Notes: a model not told the origin generated them from the letters alone. Numbered from the stretch's first letter, positions 50,651-61,171 are shown. The stretch: DNA of 64,000 bases from an uncultured Thalassospira sp. (GCF_963976115.1 NZ_CAXBJJ010000013.1:15012-79011), one strand, 5' to 3'. Made by a program: numbers and translations.

Positions 50651-51595
50651 ATGAGCCGTATTGTTGCCATCCAGATGGACCCGGTTGAAGAAATCAATAT
50701 CAAGGGTGATTCGACCTTTGTCATGGGTCTTGAAGCACTTGAACGTGGTTATCAGCTTTATTATTATCACCCCGATGACATGTTTTATGATCAGGGCCGG
50801 GTCAAGGCACAGGTCCGCCCGCTGATATTGCGCTATGAACATGGCAATCACTATGACCTTGGCGCGTCTAAAATCATTGATCTGGCGCGTGAAACCGACG
50901 TTATCCTGATGCGTCAGGACCCGCCCTTTGACATGAATTATATTACCGCCACCTATTTGCTTGAAGCGATCCACCCGGAAACCTTTGTCGTCAACCATCC
51001 CGGCCATGTGCGCAATGCGCCGGAAAAACTGTTTGTGACCGAGTTTCCCGACCTGATGCCGCCAACCCTGATCACGCGGTCGCTTGACCGAATCAGGGAT
51101 TTTCGCAAACAGCACAAAGACCTGATTGTGAAGCCGTTATTTGGCAATGGCGGTGCTGGCGTATTCCACATTAAGCCCGATGATGAAAACCTGGCATCCC
51201 TGGTCGAACTGTTTGCCGTTCAGTCGCGCGAACCGTTAATGGTGCAGGCCTATGTGCCCGCCGTGCGCAAGGGCGATAAACGCATCATTCTGGTTGATGG
51301 CAAGCCGGTGGGTGCGATTAACCGTGTGCCTGCCGATGGCGAAGCGCGATCCAACATGCATGTGGGCGGTGTTGCCGAAAAATCGATGCTGACCGATCGT
51401 GAAAATGAAATTTGTGACCGCATCGGGCCGGAACTTAAAAAACGCGATCTGATTTTTGTCGGTATCGACGTGATTGGCGATTACCTGACCGAAATTAACG
51501 TCACCTCGCCGACCGGCCTTCAGGAAATCAATCGGTTCGATGGATCAAAACTGGAATCCCTGATCTGGGATGCCATTGAAACCCGTCTGGGCTGA
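50651..51595 (+). CDS. gshB: glutathione synthetase
   Basis: DP.....K.DS.F....EA..RG, LIVKPL.G.GG.G.F, and an ATP-grasp C-terminus. Start at 50651 with an AAGGAG Shine-Dalgarno. Confidence 0.9.
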   Translation: MSRIVAIQMDPVEEINIKGDSTFVMGLEALERGYQLYYYHPDDMFYDQGRVKAQVRPLILRYEHGNHYDLGASKIIDLARETDVILMRQDPPFDMNYITATYLLEAIHPETFVVNHPGHVRNAPEKLFVTEFPDLMPPTLITRSLDRIRDFRKQHKDLIVKPLFGNGGAGVFHIKPDDENLASLVELFAVQSREPLMVQAYVPAVRKGDKRIILVDGKPVGAINRVPADGEARSNMHVGGVAEKSMLTDRENEICDRIGPELKKRDLIFVGIDVIGDYLTEINVTSPTGLQEINRFDGSKLESLIWDAIETRLG

Positions 51596-51658
51596 TCGTT
51601 CCGGATCAAAAAATCAGGCGGGCCGTTTTTCGGTAATGTCGCCTGATTAATCAATTCA

Positions 51659-51695
51659 CCCCTTTGGCGGAGGCAATCGGCCAAAGGGGCTTTTG
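51659..51695 (+). terminator. gshB terminator (CCCCTTTGGC...GCCAAAGGGG plus CTTTTG)
   Basis: Read directly. Confidence 0.65.
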
Positions 51696-51888
51696 CCGAT
51701 TTTGCCTTATGTGTCATTCTGCCCCGTCATATTGGCCAAAACGCATGCCTGTCCTGATGGTTATCTAACGAATTTTGCCATGATGCCGTCACAGCAGGCA
51801 GGCAGGCTGTTTTTACTGAACTTATATCGCTACCCTTTCGTATCATCAGCATTGGGCCAGTAATATAAGTGGTTTAAAAGGCGGTGGT

Positions 51889-53349
51889 ATGAACAAGGCG
51901 TGTGACGAAACATCTTTCCCCGGGCGCGTAGGCCCGTTTTTGTTTGGCCGGGGATGTCACGCAGGATTGGCCAGAATTGCGGCCTTGGTGATTACCCGAC
52001 AAGATGACGCACCACCGGTTTTATCGCCCATGGGCGAAGGCAGCATTACCCCGGTAAAGCTGGCGGAAAAATTTGGCCGCAGCTATTGGCGCTATGATTT
52101 CAGCCTGCCCGGGCATGCCGGTGCCTGGTATGATCTGGGCGATGATCATTTTCCTGTTTCCACCGATTTTGGCGATGATGTGGATCTGGCTTTTGTCTCT
52201 TGCAATGGTCAGGAAGAAGGCGACCTTGACCGACCGATAGCGCAGCGCAATGCTCTGTGGCATGATCTGTGCCAACGCCATGAATTAAAACCGTTTTCGT
52301 TATTGTTGCATGGCGGCGACCAGATTTACGCGGATGCTGTATGGCAATGTCATCCCGATATTACGGCGTGGCACCAGGCATCGAACAGCCATAAAAAATC
52401 AGCGGTTTTTACCGACGAGATGGCCGACGCCGTTTTGAAATTCTATCTTGATCATTATATCACGATTTATTCCCTGCCCCGGATTGCCTGTCTGATGGCG
52501 CAGGTGCCCTCGGTGATGATGTGGGATGATCACGATATATTCGATGGTTGGGGCAGCCACGCGGGCGGGTTTCAGGAAATGGCGGTGGCACGCGGCATGT
52601 TTGATGCCGCCCGCTATGCTTTTATGGTGATGCAATTATGTACCGCCCCCGATGGCAGCGCCCTGCCCGATAGCATTTATGACCGAAAGGCCCGTTCGCT
52701 GGGCTGGCGTTATGATTATCCCGGTGTGACAGTTATTGCCCCTGATTTACGATCTGAACGGCGGCGGGGTGCGGTGATGGGGGATGTGGGCTGGGCCATG
52801 CTGGAAAAAATGGTTCGCAATGTGCCGCCATCGAACCGGGTTTTACTGATGTCGAGTGTTCCGGCAATAGGACCGCGCCTGTCGGTGGTCGAGGCGATTT
52901 TGCATTTGATGCCACGGGCGCAAAAATACGAGGATGACCTGCGCGATCAATGGCAAAGCCGTTCCCATCGCCGCGAATGGTGCCGGTTTCTGGAATTGAT
53001 CGAAGATATTGCCGATAATGACGATCATGATGTCACCTTGCTGTCGGGTGAAATCCACCTTGCCACCCGGGGTGTTTTTGAAACCCGTTCGCGGGTTGTT
53101 CATCAATTGGTGGCATCGGGCATTGCCCATCAGGCCCCGCCACAGGCCTTTGCCCGCTGTTTGGGGTTTTTGGCGTGGTTGGGTGAAAATCCGTTAAAGG
53201 GGCGTCCAACCCGGCTGTGCCCCTTGCCCGGCCAGTCATCCATTTATGTGGCCGAACGCAATTATCTGATCCTTTCGCGGCATTGTTCATCCTGGCATGC
53301 CAATTGGCACCTGGAACAGTCCGGTTTGACCCCGGATCTGAAGATTTAG
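51889..53349 (+). CDS. PhoD-like metallophosphatase family protein (cytoplasmic; no signal peptide seen)
   Basis: HGGDQIYAD, MMWDDHDIFDGWG, and LSGEIH motifs fit a calcineurin-like/PhoD-type fold. Confidence 0.5.
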   Translation: MNKACDETSFPGRVGPFLFGRGCHAGLARIAALVITRQDDAPPVLSPMGEGSITPVKLAEKFGRSYWRYDFSLPGHAGAWYDLGDDHFPVSTDFGDDVDLAFVSCNGQEEGDLDRPIAQRNALWHDLCQRHELKPFSLLLHGGDQIYADAVWQCHPDITAWHQASNSHKKSAVFTDEMADAVLKFYLDHYITIYSLPRIACLMAQVPSVMMWDDHDIFDGWGSHAGGFQEMAVARGMFDAARYAFMVMQLCTAPDGSALPDSIYDRKARSLGWRYDYPGVTVIAPDLRSERRRGAVMGDVGWAMLEKMVRNVPPSNRVLLMSSVPAIGPRLSVVEAILHLMPRAQKYEDDLRDQWQSRSHRREWCRFLELIEDIADNDDHDVTLLSGEIHLATRGVFETRSRVVHQLVASGIAHQAPPQAFARCLGFLAWLGENPLKGRPTRLCPLPGQSSIYVAERNYLILSRHCSSWHANWHLEQSGLTPDLKI

Positions 53350-53526
53350 CCGTTTGTCGGTGAAAAATAACCTGTGCTGATTTTCCGCCCGACAGCAACG
53401 GTTGGGATATCGTGCGATAAACGTTATCATTGCGCGATAATCGTTCTGTCGCATTTTTTTAAATCGTCTATACAGGGCGGCTATCTTTCACTTGTGGCCT
53501 GCGCCGCATTTAACGATCAGGATGAC

Positions 53527-53838
53527 ATGACCCCAATTTCCAAAGCTGTCCGGGAACGCGCCTGGGCCCGGGCCCGTAAAATCAAAGGGGAAAACCCCGA
53601 TGAAGTCCGCCTGCACAAGGCCAGCGGCATTACCATGAAACGCGAAAGTTTCGGCAAAATGCGCAATTTCGGCTGGACCGTGGTTGACGGCAAAGCCGTT
53701 CCCTGCCGCAAGGAATTTTTGGTGCCGCGCGAAGATGCTGTTGCCACCGATGAAAATGACGACGACATCGACGACGATGATGTTGAAGATGATAACGATG
53801 TCGCTTCTGTCGATAGCAAAGCCGATTCCAAAGAATAA
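53527..53838 (+). CDS. small hypothetical protein with a poly-acidic C-terminal tail
   Basis: 103 aa from ATG 53527, with tail DENDDDIDDDDVEDDNDV. A weak hairpin plus T-run lies at about 53950-53975. Confidence 0.4.
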   Translation: MTPISKAVRERAWARARKIKGENPDEVRLHKASGITMKRESFGKMRNFGWTVVDGKAVPCRKEFLVPREDAVATDENDDDIDDDDVEDDNDVASVDSKADSKE

Positions 53839-54086
53839 AACTGCCATTGATGGTTATATAAGATCATATTTCTGATTTTATACTGAATTTTATGCGGTTT
53901 TTCTGGTTCCATTTGCCGGAAAAAACCTTTTGAGGTTTGCCAAAAACCATCCGGCAAGATGGTTTTTCTGCCCGCATTGACGTTCGTTTTGGGCGTGGGT
54001 TGGCAAATATGCACGTGCTGGTTGCCTGTTGTTCCGTTTAGCGCCAAAGTGAGGGTCTTGGGGATCAGACAGGCTTTATCTTTATC

Positions 54087-55604
54087 ATGACTGCACATGT
54101 AACGACCGTGGCCTTTTCCGGCATTAACACCATTGCGGTGGATGTGCAGGTGCAAATGGCCAGTGGATTGCCTGCCTTTACCGTTGTTGGCCTGCCCGAC
54201 AAAGCCGTTTCCGAGGCCCGCGAACGGGTGCGTTCTGCCCTGTCGGCCATGGGCCTGTCCCTGCCGCCCAAACGCATTACCATCAATCTTGCCCCGGCCG
54301 ATTTGCAAAAGGAAGGATCACATTTTGATCTGCCAATTGCCTTGGGCCTGTTGGCCGTGATGGATGTCATCAGTTTTGAAGATATATCATCGTGGGTGGT
54401 GTTGGGCGAATTGGGGCTGGATGGTTCGATCTCGGCGGTGGGCGGTGTGTTGCCTGCGGCGATGGAGGCCGCCAGCCGGGATTGCGGCATTATCTGCCCC
54501 AAGGCCAACGGGGCCGAAGCCCTGTGGGCAGGGGATTTTGATATATTGGCCGCCCCCAGCCTGATTTCATTGATCAATCATTTTAAAGGCAGCCAGATAT
54601 TACCGCGCCCGGTGGCGGTGAAAGCGCTTTCACCTGCGGCCGACCAGCCCGATCTACGGGATATCAAGGGCCAGGAAAGTGCCAAGCGGGCCTTGGAAAT
54701 TGCTGCAGCGGGCGGGCATAATTTGTTGATGAACGGCCCGCCGGGCTCGGGTAAATCGATGCTGGCCGCTCGCCTGCCTGGCTTGCTTCCCGATCTTTCC
54801 CCGGCCGAAGCCTTGGCAAGCACGGTTATTCATTCGGTATCGGGGACTTTGCCTGAAGGCGGGTTGGTGCGCGTGCGCCCCTATCGGGCCCCGCATCATT
54901 CGGCCAGTATGCCTGCTTTGGTTGGTGGTGGGCACCGGGTGCGGCCTGGTGAAATTTCATTGGCCCATCATGGTGTGTTGTTTCTGGATGAATTGCCGGA
55001 ATTTCAGCGCAATGTCCTTGATGCTCTGCGCCAGCCATTGGAAACCGGCGAGGTTTCGGTTGCGCGCGCCAATGCCCATGTCACCTATCCGGCCCGGGTG
55101 CAACTGGTGGCGGCGATGAACCCGTGTCGCTGCGGTTATCTGGGCGATGAACATGCCGCGTGCAGCCGCGCACCGCGTTGCGGCGAGGATTATCAGTCGC
55201 GTTTATCCGGCCCGTTGATTGACCGGTTTGATATTCAAATCGAAGTCCCCGCCGTTACCCCTGATGAACTGGACGCCCCGGCCAATGGCGAAACCACAGC
55301 TATCGTGCGCCAACGTGTTTTGCAGGCGCGCGACCGCCAGATCAACCGTTATGGTGCCGGTAACCGTGTGACCTGCAATGCGCTGGCCGACGGGGATGTC
55401 TTAACCGGTTTCGCCACCCCCGACCCGGAAGGCCGCGTATTATTGCAAGACGCCACCCGGCGCATGAAGCTATCGGCGCGCGGCTATCATCGTGTGTTGC
55501 GTGTCGCACGCACCATCGCCGATTTGGGCAATAGCGATACCGTCACGCGCAGCCACATTGCCGAAGCGTTAATGTACAGACAAATGGTTTATCGCCGCAA
55601 ATGA
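54087..55604 (+). CDS. comM: YifB/ComM-family Mg-chelatase-like AAA+ ATPase
   Basis: GPPGSGKSMLA, GVLFLDELPEF, and C-terminal SARGYHRVLRVARTIADL. Confidence 0.92.
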   Translation: MTAHVTTVAFSGINTIAVDVQVQMASGLPAFTVVGLPDKAVSEARERVRSALSAMGLSLPPKRITINLAPADLQKEGSHFDLPIALGLLAVMDVISFEDISSWVVLGELGLDGSISAVGGVLPAAMEAASRDCGIICPKANGAEALWAGDFDILAAPSLISLINHFKGSQILPRPVAVKALSPAADQPDLRDIKGQESAKRALEIAAAGGHNLLMNGPPGSGKSMLAARLPGLLPDLSPAEALASTVIHSVSGTLPEGGLVRVRPYRAPHHSASMPALVGGGHRVRPGEISLAHHGVLFLDELPEFQRNVLDALRQPLETGEVSVARANAHVTYPARVQLVAAMNPCRCGYLGDEHAACSRAPRCGEDYQSRLSGPLIDRFDIQIEVPAVTPDELDAPANGETTAIVRQRVLQARDRQINRYGAGNRVTCNALADGDVLTGFATPDPEGRVLLQDATRRMKLSARGYHRVLRVARTIADLGNSDTVTRSHIAEALMYRQMVYRRK

Positions 55605-55728
55605 CGGCGATGGCAGGCGAAAGCAGACGATACAGATATGAATAAGGTATAACGGAATATCAGGCAGGCGGAGGGGATGGTGCAGGCAGGCAAAGTCTTT
55701 GGGGCATTTTTATCAAAGATGGATCGGT

Positions 55729-56346
55729 TTAGCCAAACCAGACACCATCGTTATTGCGCGACAGGCGATAGACGCTAGAGGGCGGCACATTACGCATGGT
55801 GTGGCCAACACGGGTGGCTTTGAGGCCCAACCGGTCCAGGATATTGGGGTGAACCGGGCAACGCGGGCTATAGGTAAACTGATAGAAATACCCGCCCGGC
55901 CGCATATAGCGAAAGGCACCACCCAAAATTCCCATCACCTGACGGGGTTTCATCGATAATAAGGGTAAACCGCTAACGACGCTGCCGAGATTTTTCTCTG
56001 GATACAGGTTGGCTTTGCCAAGCCGGGTTGCATCCATGCAAATGACTCTGGCCTGGGGAAAGCGGATTGCCAATGTTTCGGCGAAATCCCGGCCTGCTTC
56101 GATCAGGGTCAGGTCGTTTTGGTTAAGACCACGTGCCAAAAGCCCGCGGGTAAAAACACCGGTGCCCGGACCAAGTTCAAGCACCGGTCCATCTTCGGGG
56201 TTAACTTCGCGGGTCATCAGTTCGGTCAGGGCTGAACCGGACGGACTGATTGCGGCAACGCGCATGGGGTCACTTACCCAGGCGCGTAAAAACGGCAATA
56301 AATCGGACATCGAATTTTCCATCTCTCTGGCGGCGGTTTGAACCAC
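55729..56346 (-). CDS. class I SAM-dependent methyltransferase (PmtA-like / rRNA-adenine-dimethylase-like)
   Basis: VLELGPGTGVFTRGLL SAM motif, about 200 aa. Confidence 0.6.
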   Translation of the reverse strand: MVQTAAREMENSMSDLLPFLRAWVSDPMRVAAISPSGSALTELMTREVNPEDGPVLELGPGTGVFTRGLLARGLNQNDLTLIEAGRDFAETLAIRFPQARVICMDATRLGKANLYPEKNLGSVVSGLPLLSMKPRQVMGILGGAFRYMRPGGYFYQFTYSPRCPVHPNILDRLGLKATRVGHTMRNVPPSSVYRLSRNNDGVWFG

Positions 56347-56492
56347 ACAGCTTTCGTTATGACGCGCTTTTATATGTTCGCGAGAAGGTGGTGATTTTGC
56401 GGCAAATTCTCTGGATTAAAAATGAATTTTTACCGTTTTTGTCATCAATGGCGTCGATTTGCGGGCCAGATGTTATGGCATTTAGTGCTGCG

Positions 56493-56786
56493 CTAGTGAC
56501 GTTGCAGCAATTGATCAATCACTTTTGCCTTGGCCGGATCAGTATAAAAACCGGTCGGAACAATCAGGGTGCCTTTGCTGCCATCGGTGGCCTCGATCAG
56601 GTAAAGTGTTGCGTCATCACCGGGGTCGGTGCCAGTACCAACGCTGCTGCTATTGACAATTTTAAGATCGGTAACCGGATAAACCGGGCCATCGCCATCA
56701 CGTTTTACGCCGCTGTCGGTGCAGATAAAGGTATGGGTGAAACCACGTTCAATCGCACTGTCCTGTAACTCTGACAAGTTCATCAT
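56493..56786 (-). CDS. hypothetical protein (97 aa)
   Basis: Isolated ORF with coding-like composition. No family recognised. Confidence 0.4.
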   Translation of the reverse strand: MMNLSELQDSAIERGFTHTFICTDSGVKRDGDGPVYPVTDLKIVNSSSVGTGTDPGDDATLYLIEATDGSKGTLIVPTGFYTDPAKAKVIDQLLQRH

Positions 56787-56999
56787 GCTCTCCTCGGGCT
56801 ATTGCGATATTTACCTGAAACGTATCAGCATCGCGACTGTTCCCGGCTTTATTACCGGCGGGTCTTAAGGTCAGATTCTGAACCTCAATTGTGGCAATGC
56901 TCTGCCTGTTTTTCTGTCTGTGGCTCCTTGTGCAAAAAAATCGCCTGCCCGTTTGCCGTTGTAAAATGTGATACGGAAAATTGCTGTCAAACCCTGCGT

Positions 57000-57479
57000 T
57001 TAAAGGTCGCGTTTCATGCCTTCATGGCTGGCAATAAAACCCAGGCGTTGATAAAAGCGGTGGGCATCGGTACGGGTTTTATCGGTGGTGAATTGCATCA
57101 GCGACGCGCCAAGGTCGCGGGAAATATCGATGGCGCGTAAAATCATCGCTTCGCCAATTTTTTGCCCACGATGGGCGGAGGATACCCGAACCCCTTCGAT
57201 CTGGGCCCGCAAGCGCCCCTGGCGCGACAGGCCTGCGATCAGGGTTAGTTGCAGGCAGCCCACAATCTGGTCATTTGCAATCGCCAGCAGATATTTGTTG
57301 GGCAAGGCATCGGTGCTGGTGGCTTCCATGGCGTCAAAGGCATTGAAATAAATATCGGGCAAGGGATTGGTCAGGTTTTCGCGGGTTTTGCCTTTTTCAT
57401 CATCAGCCAGCAAGGCGACAATGGCGGGTAAATCCGAACGGAGCGCATAACGAAAAACCGGCTGTGTTGGCTGTGTCAT
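57000..57479 (-). CDS. GNAT-family N-acetyltransferase
   Basis: V...HRGQKIGEAM acetyl-CoA motif and ..A..FY..LGF. Confidence 0.8.
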   Translation of the reverse strand: MTQPTQPVFRYALRSDLPAIVALLADDEKGKTRENLTNPLPDIYFNAFDAMEATSTDALPNKYLLAIANDQIVGCLQLTLIAGLSRQGRLRAQIEGVRVSSAHRGQKIGEAMILRAIDISRDLGASLMQFTTDKTRTDAHRFYQRLGFIASHEGMKRDL

Positions 57480-57681
57480 GGCAAAGACCCTGTAAAATGC
57501 ATCAATTGCCAGTGTTTTACGGAAATTCAGGCATTTTTTCCATATTGAAACGAATTTTTGGCGTTTAAACCTAAAAATCCCCGCAAATCGTGTGATTGCG
57601 GGGATAAATACAGATATTTTTCCGTTTTATCGGGGTTTTCACTACATATTGGCGGTTATTACCAAGTATCAGGCAGGCTTT

Positions 57682-58626
57682 TTAATAACCGATATCGCGA
57701 TCCACCAGCCCAAGCGGTGTTTCACCCTTGTCAATGCGGGCAATGTTTTCGGCAATCTGGTCCACCGCCGGGCCGATCCGGGTGGCGGCGGCAATATGCG
57801 GGGTCAGGCGTATTTTGGGGTGATTCCAGAACGGATGATCTGAGGGCAGCGGTTCGTTGACGGCAACATCAAGAAAGGCCCCGCGCAAATGCCCGGTATC
57901 GAGCAAACGCAGAAGGTCTTCTTCGACAATCACTGCCCCGCGAGAGGCATTGATAATGGCGGCATTGCCGGGCAATTTTGACAGCCGCGCCCGATCAAGC
58001 AATCCTTCGGTTTTGTCGGTGCGAGGTAACAGGCAAATCAGAATGTCGGTCTGGGCGAGGAACTCATCAAGGGTTTCGGCCCCGGCAAAGGTTTTAACCC
58101 TTTCAAGGACTTTCATCCGTCGGCTCCAGCCTGAAACGGTAAAACCCATTTCCGAAAGGCGGGTGGCAACGGTTGCACCCAGCGCGCCCAGCCCCATGAC
58201 CCCAACGCGAAAATCGCTAATTTCGGCGACGTCGCGGGGGTGCCAGTCGCCCTCATTTTGCGAGCGCATGTAATGGTCAAAATCGCGCATGAAATGCAGG
58301 GCGGCATACATATGATATTCTACCATTTGCTGCGCCATTCCAGCATCTTCCAGGCGCACAATCGGCACGTTTTTCGGCAAGGACGGGGCCGATAACACAT
58401 GTTCCACACCGGCCCCCAGTGAAAAAATACCGCGCACATTGGCAAGGCTTTTCATCATGCCCTGGGGCTGTTTCCATAACAGGGCAAAATCGATTTCTGC
58501 CGGGTTATATGTGTCGTCCCGGGTGTAAATGGTGGCGTCGGGCAGCCGGGCGTTCATCGCCTCTTTCCAGTTTAATTCCTCGCCTTGGGCGGCAATCAGG
58601 ATTTTGTAAGGGGCGGATGCCGACAT
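57682..58626 (-). CDS. D-isomer-specific 2-hydroxyacid dehydrogenase (glyoxylate/hydroxypyruvate reductase A-like)
   Basis: VGVMGLGALG NAD motif, INASRG, and FLDV...EPLP..HP.W. Start at 58626 with an AAGGAG Shine-Dalgarno. Confidence 0.8.
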   Translation of the reverse strand: MSASAPYKILIAAQGEELNWKEAMNARLPDATIYTRDDTYNPAEIDFALLWKQPQGMMKSLANVRGIFSLGAGVEHVLSAPSLPKNVPIVRLEDAGMAQQMVEYHMYAALHFMRDFDHYMRSQNEGDWHPRDVAEISDFRVGVMGLGALGATVATRLSEMGFTVSGWSRRMKVLERVKTFAGAETLDEFLAQTDILICLLPRTDKTEGLLDRARLSKLPGNAAIINASRGAVIVEEDLLRLLDTGHLRGAFLDVAVNEPLPSDHPFWNHPKIRLTPHIAAATRIGPAVDQIAENIARIDKGETPLGLVDRDIGY

Positions 58627-58725
58627 GCTGCTCTCCTTGTTTGTTTTTAATTTGCTTGTTGTTATGGGTGTCATTTTATAACGCACGCCAGATGATGGCG
58701 TTCCCCAAACTTCCGGGTTTTGGCA

Positions 58726-58996
58726 ATTAGAGCATATTTCCTTTAATAAGACCCATTTTGTTTAATTTTGACGTGTCGTTTGGCAAGGCACAGCGCGCCG
58801 CGCGATGCGGCGCATCGGGCAAGCGGTGTAACGCCGCCAAACACCGTCAAAATCAAACCCTGCGGGCCAACGCATTTTTCTGCTCGGCGACGTCGAAATC
58901 CTTGTCCGTAACCCCGTTATGCCCCGCGGACTTCTCCTTGCTGAGCAGCAAAATGCGTTGGCAAAATGGGTCTTATTAAAGGAAACATGCTCTAAT
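58726..58996. repeat. MITE-like element: 35-bp terminal inverted repeats (34/35 match) enclosing two long internal hairpins
   Basis: Left repeat ATTAGAGCATATTTCCTTTAATAAGACCCATTTTG (58726-58760). The reverse complement of 58962-58996 is ATTAGAGCATGTTTCCTTTAATAAGACCCATTTTG. TTTTGGCA is present on both flanks. Confidence 0.6.
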
Positions 58997-59127
58997 CTGC
59001 TTTTGGCAGCGGTAACCTGTTTGAAATACGGGTAAAAATGCTTTCGGGCAATATTACAAGCACCCGACCCGGCGCTGAACCGGGTTAGGTGACAATGCCG
59101 GGTTTTGCGGGGATCGTTGGCTGTTTG

Positions 59128-59547
59128 TTAATGGGCAAAAATCATCGCCGGATCGCGGAATGTTTTAAATTCCAGCCCGTTTCCGGCAGGATCGGTGACA
59201 AAAAAGGTGCCTTGTTCGCCCGGTTCGCCGACAAAACGGATTTTAGGGGCCAGCAAAAATGCCACACCGGCATCTTTCAAACGATCGGCCAGGTCATGCC
59301 ATTGCTGCCATTCCAGAACCGCGCCAAAATGCGGGATGGGCACGGCATCGCCGTCTACCGTGCCGGTCCCGGCATTTTGCCCGGCTTCGGGGCGAATATG
59401 GGCCGAAAGCTGATGGCCAAAAAAGTCAAAATCGATCCAGTTTTCGGTCGATCTTCCTTCCTCACAGCCCAGAATATCGATGTAAAAAGCGCGGGTATCG
59501 GCAATGGATTTAATTGGAAATGCCAAATGAAACGGTGGAATTTGCAT
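59128..59547 (-). CDS. VOC (glyoxalase/bleomycin-resistance/dioxygenase) family protein
   Basis: FHLAFP......R.FY...LG N-terminus, 139 aa. Confidence 0.7.
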   Translation of the reverse strand: MQIPPFHLAFPIKSIADTRAFYIDILGCEEGRSTENWIDFDFFGHQLSAHIRPEAGQNAGTGTVDGDAVPIPHFGAVLEWQQWHDLADRLKDAGVAFLLAPKIRFVGEPGEQGTFFVTDPAGNGLEFKTFRDPAMIFAH

Positions 59548-59697
59548 GGTTTAATTTCCAGAAAATTAACGTTAAGGGTTGGCTACTACTGTAAATTAGA
59601 GTGAGGGTGATGCAAAAGCCGGAAGTTCTGCCACTATCATCCCGGCACCCCATATTATTGCCCCGTTATGTCTGAATCCGGCGTGGGTGATCGGGCT

Positions 59698-60165
59698 TTA
59701 TGGCCGATGATAAAGGGTATGAAGTTCATAATCCTTGTTTGGGCCGACGACTTTAATTCTGGTTTCGAAATGATCGGCGTGATGCCACAACATGCGATGA
59801 TGATACATGTCGTTCCCACATGGGTGATCGTCCTGTGCGGCAAGCATGTCATTGTCAGAAATATTGTCAAAATCCAGCAAGACATAGCGATTGCCAAAAC
59901 TGACCGGGTCGCGAAACAGCATTTCAATCGCTTGCCCACGCAAGACGAAATCATATTCGCGGTAGCCGTCAAAATGGTGGCCGTCAATACGCTGTAAAAC
60001 GCCTTCTTCACGGTAACGCAGGCTGTTTTCCGGGCTATCAGGAGCCGTATAGAACCGGGCTGTTCCGGCAAAGGTACCCATTTCGCCCATTGTTCGGCGC
60101 AAGGTCCAGTTTCCGGTCAGACAGGTAAAAATGCGTTGCGCTGCAATTTCGGGCTTTACGGACAT
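59698..60165 (-). CDS. conserved hypothetical protein (DUF6314-like)
   Basis: G.W.L.R......G.F.G.A.F...........Y.E.G pattern and C-terminal V.GP.KDY...T.Y.R. Assigned from memory. Confidence 0.45.
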   Translation of the reverse strand: MSVKPEIAAQRIFTCLTGNWTLRRTMGEMGTFAGTARFYTAPDSPENSLRYREEGVLQRIDGHHFDGYREYDFVLRGQAIEMLFRDPVSFGNRYVLLDFDNISDNDMLAAQDDHPCGNDMYHHRMLWHHADHFETRIKVVGPNKDYELHTLYHRP

Positions 60166-60429
60166 ATCAGGATTTCATTGTTCGCACCATCGTCAGAGAA
60201 AACGGCACATTGGGGAAAAATGATTTAAAATCAAACGGTCTCCCAGAGGTGATTTCACAGGGTTGTCGTTTTTGCTGTGTTATCCGGGCTTTCTGACGGC
60301 GCGCCGTCAATTTTGTTTTGATTTCGAAATGGTATAAGGGTTTGAAACGGGTTTAAAGCCGGATATTGCCCTGCCCGATGCAAAAGCAGGCCTCACTGGC
60401 GTGCGATGGGCACGCCAGTTTTCGGGGGA

Positions 60430-60801
60430 TTAATCCCGGGGCAGCATCAGGCCCAGTTTTTTGCCGCCAATGATATGGACATGCAGGTGGGGCACATCCT
60501 GGCGGCCATTCTCGCGGGTGTTCGAGATCAGGCGATAGCCGTCTTGAACCACACCGGCAGCGGCGGCAATTTTGCCAATTGCGCGGGTAAAGGCCAGAAT
60601 TTCAGCGTCTGACGCATTCATCGCAAAATCGTCGTAAGACGTGTAGGCCCCTTTGGGGATCACCAGAATGTGGGTTGGGGCCTGTGGGGCGATGTCGTGG
60701 AAGGCAAGGACGTGGTCGTCTTCGAAAATCTTGTTGCACGGAATATCGCCGCGCAGGATTTTGGCGAAAATGTTTTCGGAATCATAGGGTTTTACGGCCA
60801 T
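60430..60801 (-). CDS. HIT-family (histidine triad) protein
   Basis: HLHVHIIGG triad. Start at 60801 with an AGGAG Shine-Dalgarno. Confidence 0.88.
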   Translation of the reverse strand: MAVKPYDSENIFAKILRGDIPCNKIFEDDHVLAFHDIAPQAPTHILVIPKGAYTSYDDFAMNASDAEILAFTRAIGKIAAAAGVVQDGYRLISNTRENGRQDVPHLHVHIIGGKKLGLMLPRD

Positions 60802-60838
60802 CGGAAGGCTCCTGATATCAGACGGGATGTAACCCGGA

Positions 60839-61171
60839 TTATTCACGACGCGATGCCTTTTCGGCAATACCGGAAAGGCCCTGGCGTTTTGCCAGAATTT
60901 CCCAGACATGTTCGGGTTTTACGCCGCGATCGGCCCACAGCACCAGCAAATGATACAGCAGATCGGCACTTTCGGATGCGACATTTTCCGGCCCTTCGGC
61001 CAGGGCGGCAATCACGGTTTCTACCCCTTCTTCGCCTACTTTCTGCGCTATTTTGCGTGTCCCCTTGCTAAACAGCTTTGCCGTATAGCTTTCTTCGGGG
61101 TCGGCACCCTTGCGTGCGGCAACCGTGTCATACAGCCGGTCGAGAATTTCGCCGTCCAGTGCTTTGGTCAT
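60839..61171 (-). CDS. hisE: phosphoribosyl-ATP pyrophosphatase
   Basis: SYTAKLF..G...I.QKVGEE..E..IA......E.ADLLYH..VL. Confidence 0.88.
   Translation of the reverse strand: MTKALDGEILDRLYDTVAARKGADPEESYTAKLFSKGTRKIAQKVGEEGVETVIAALAEGPENVASESADLLYHLLVLWADRGVKPEHVWEILAKRQGLSGIAEKASRRE

Noticed and set aside
58758-58979. 73-aa ORF inside the MITE-like element
   Set aside because: It is wholly contained in nested palindromes, has odd composition, and has no ribosome-binding site.
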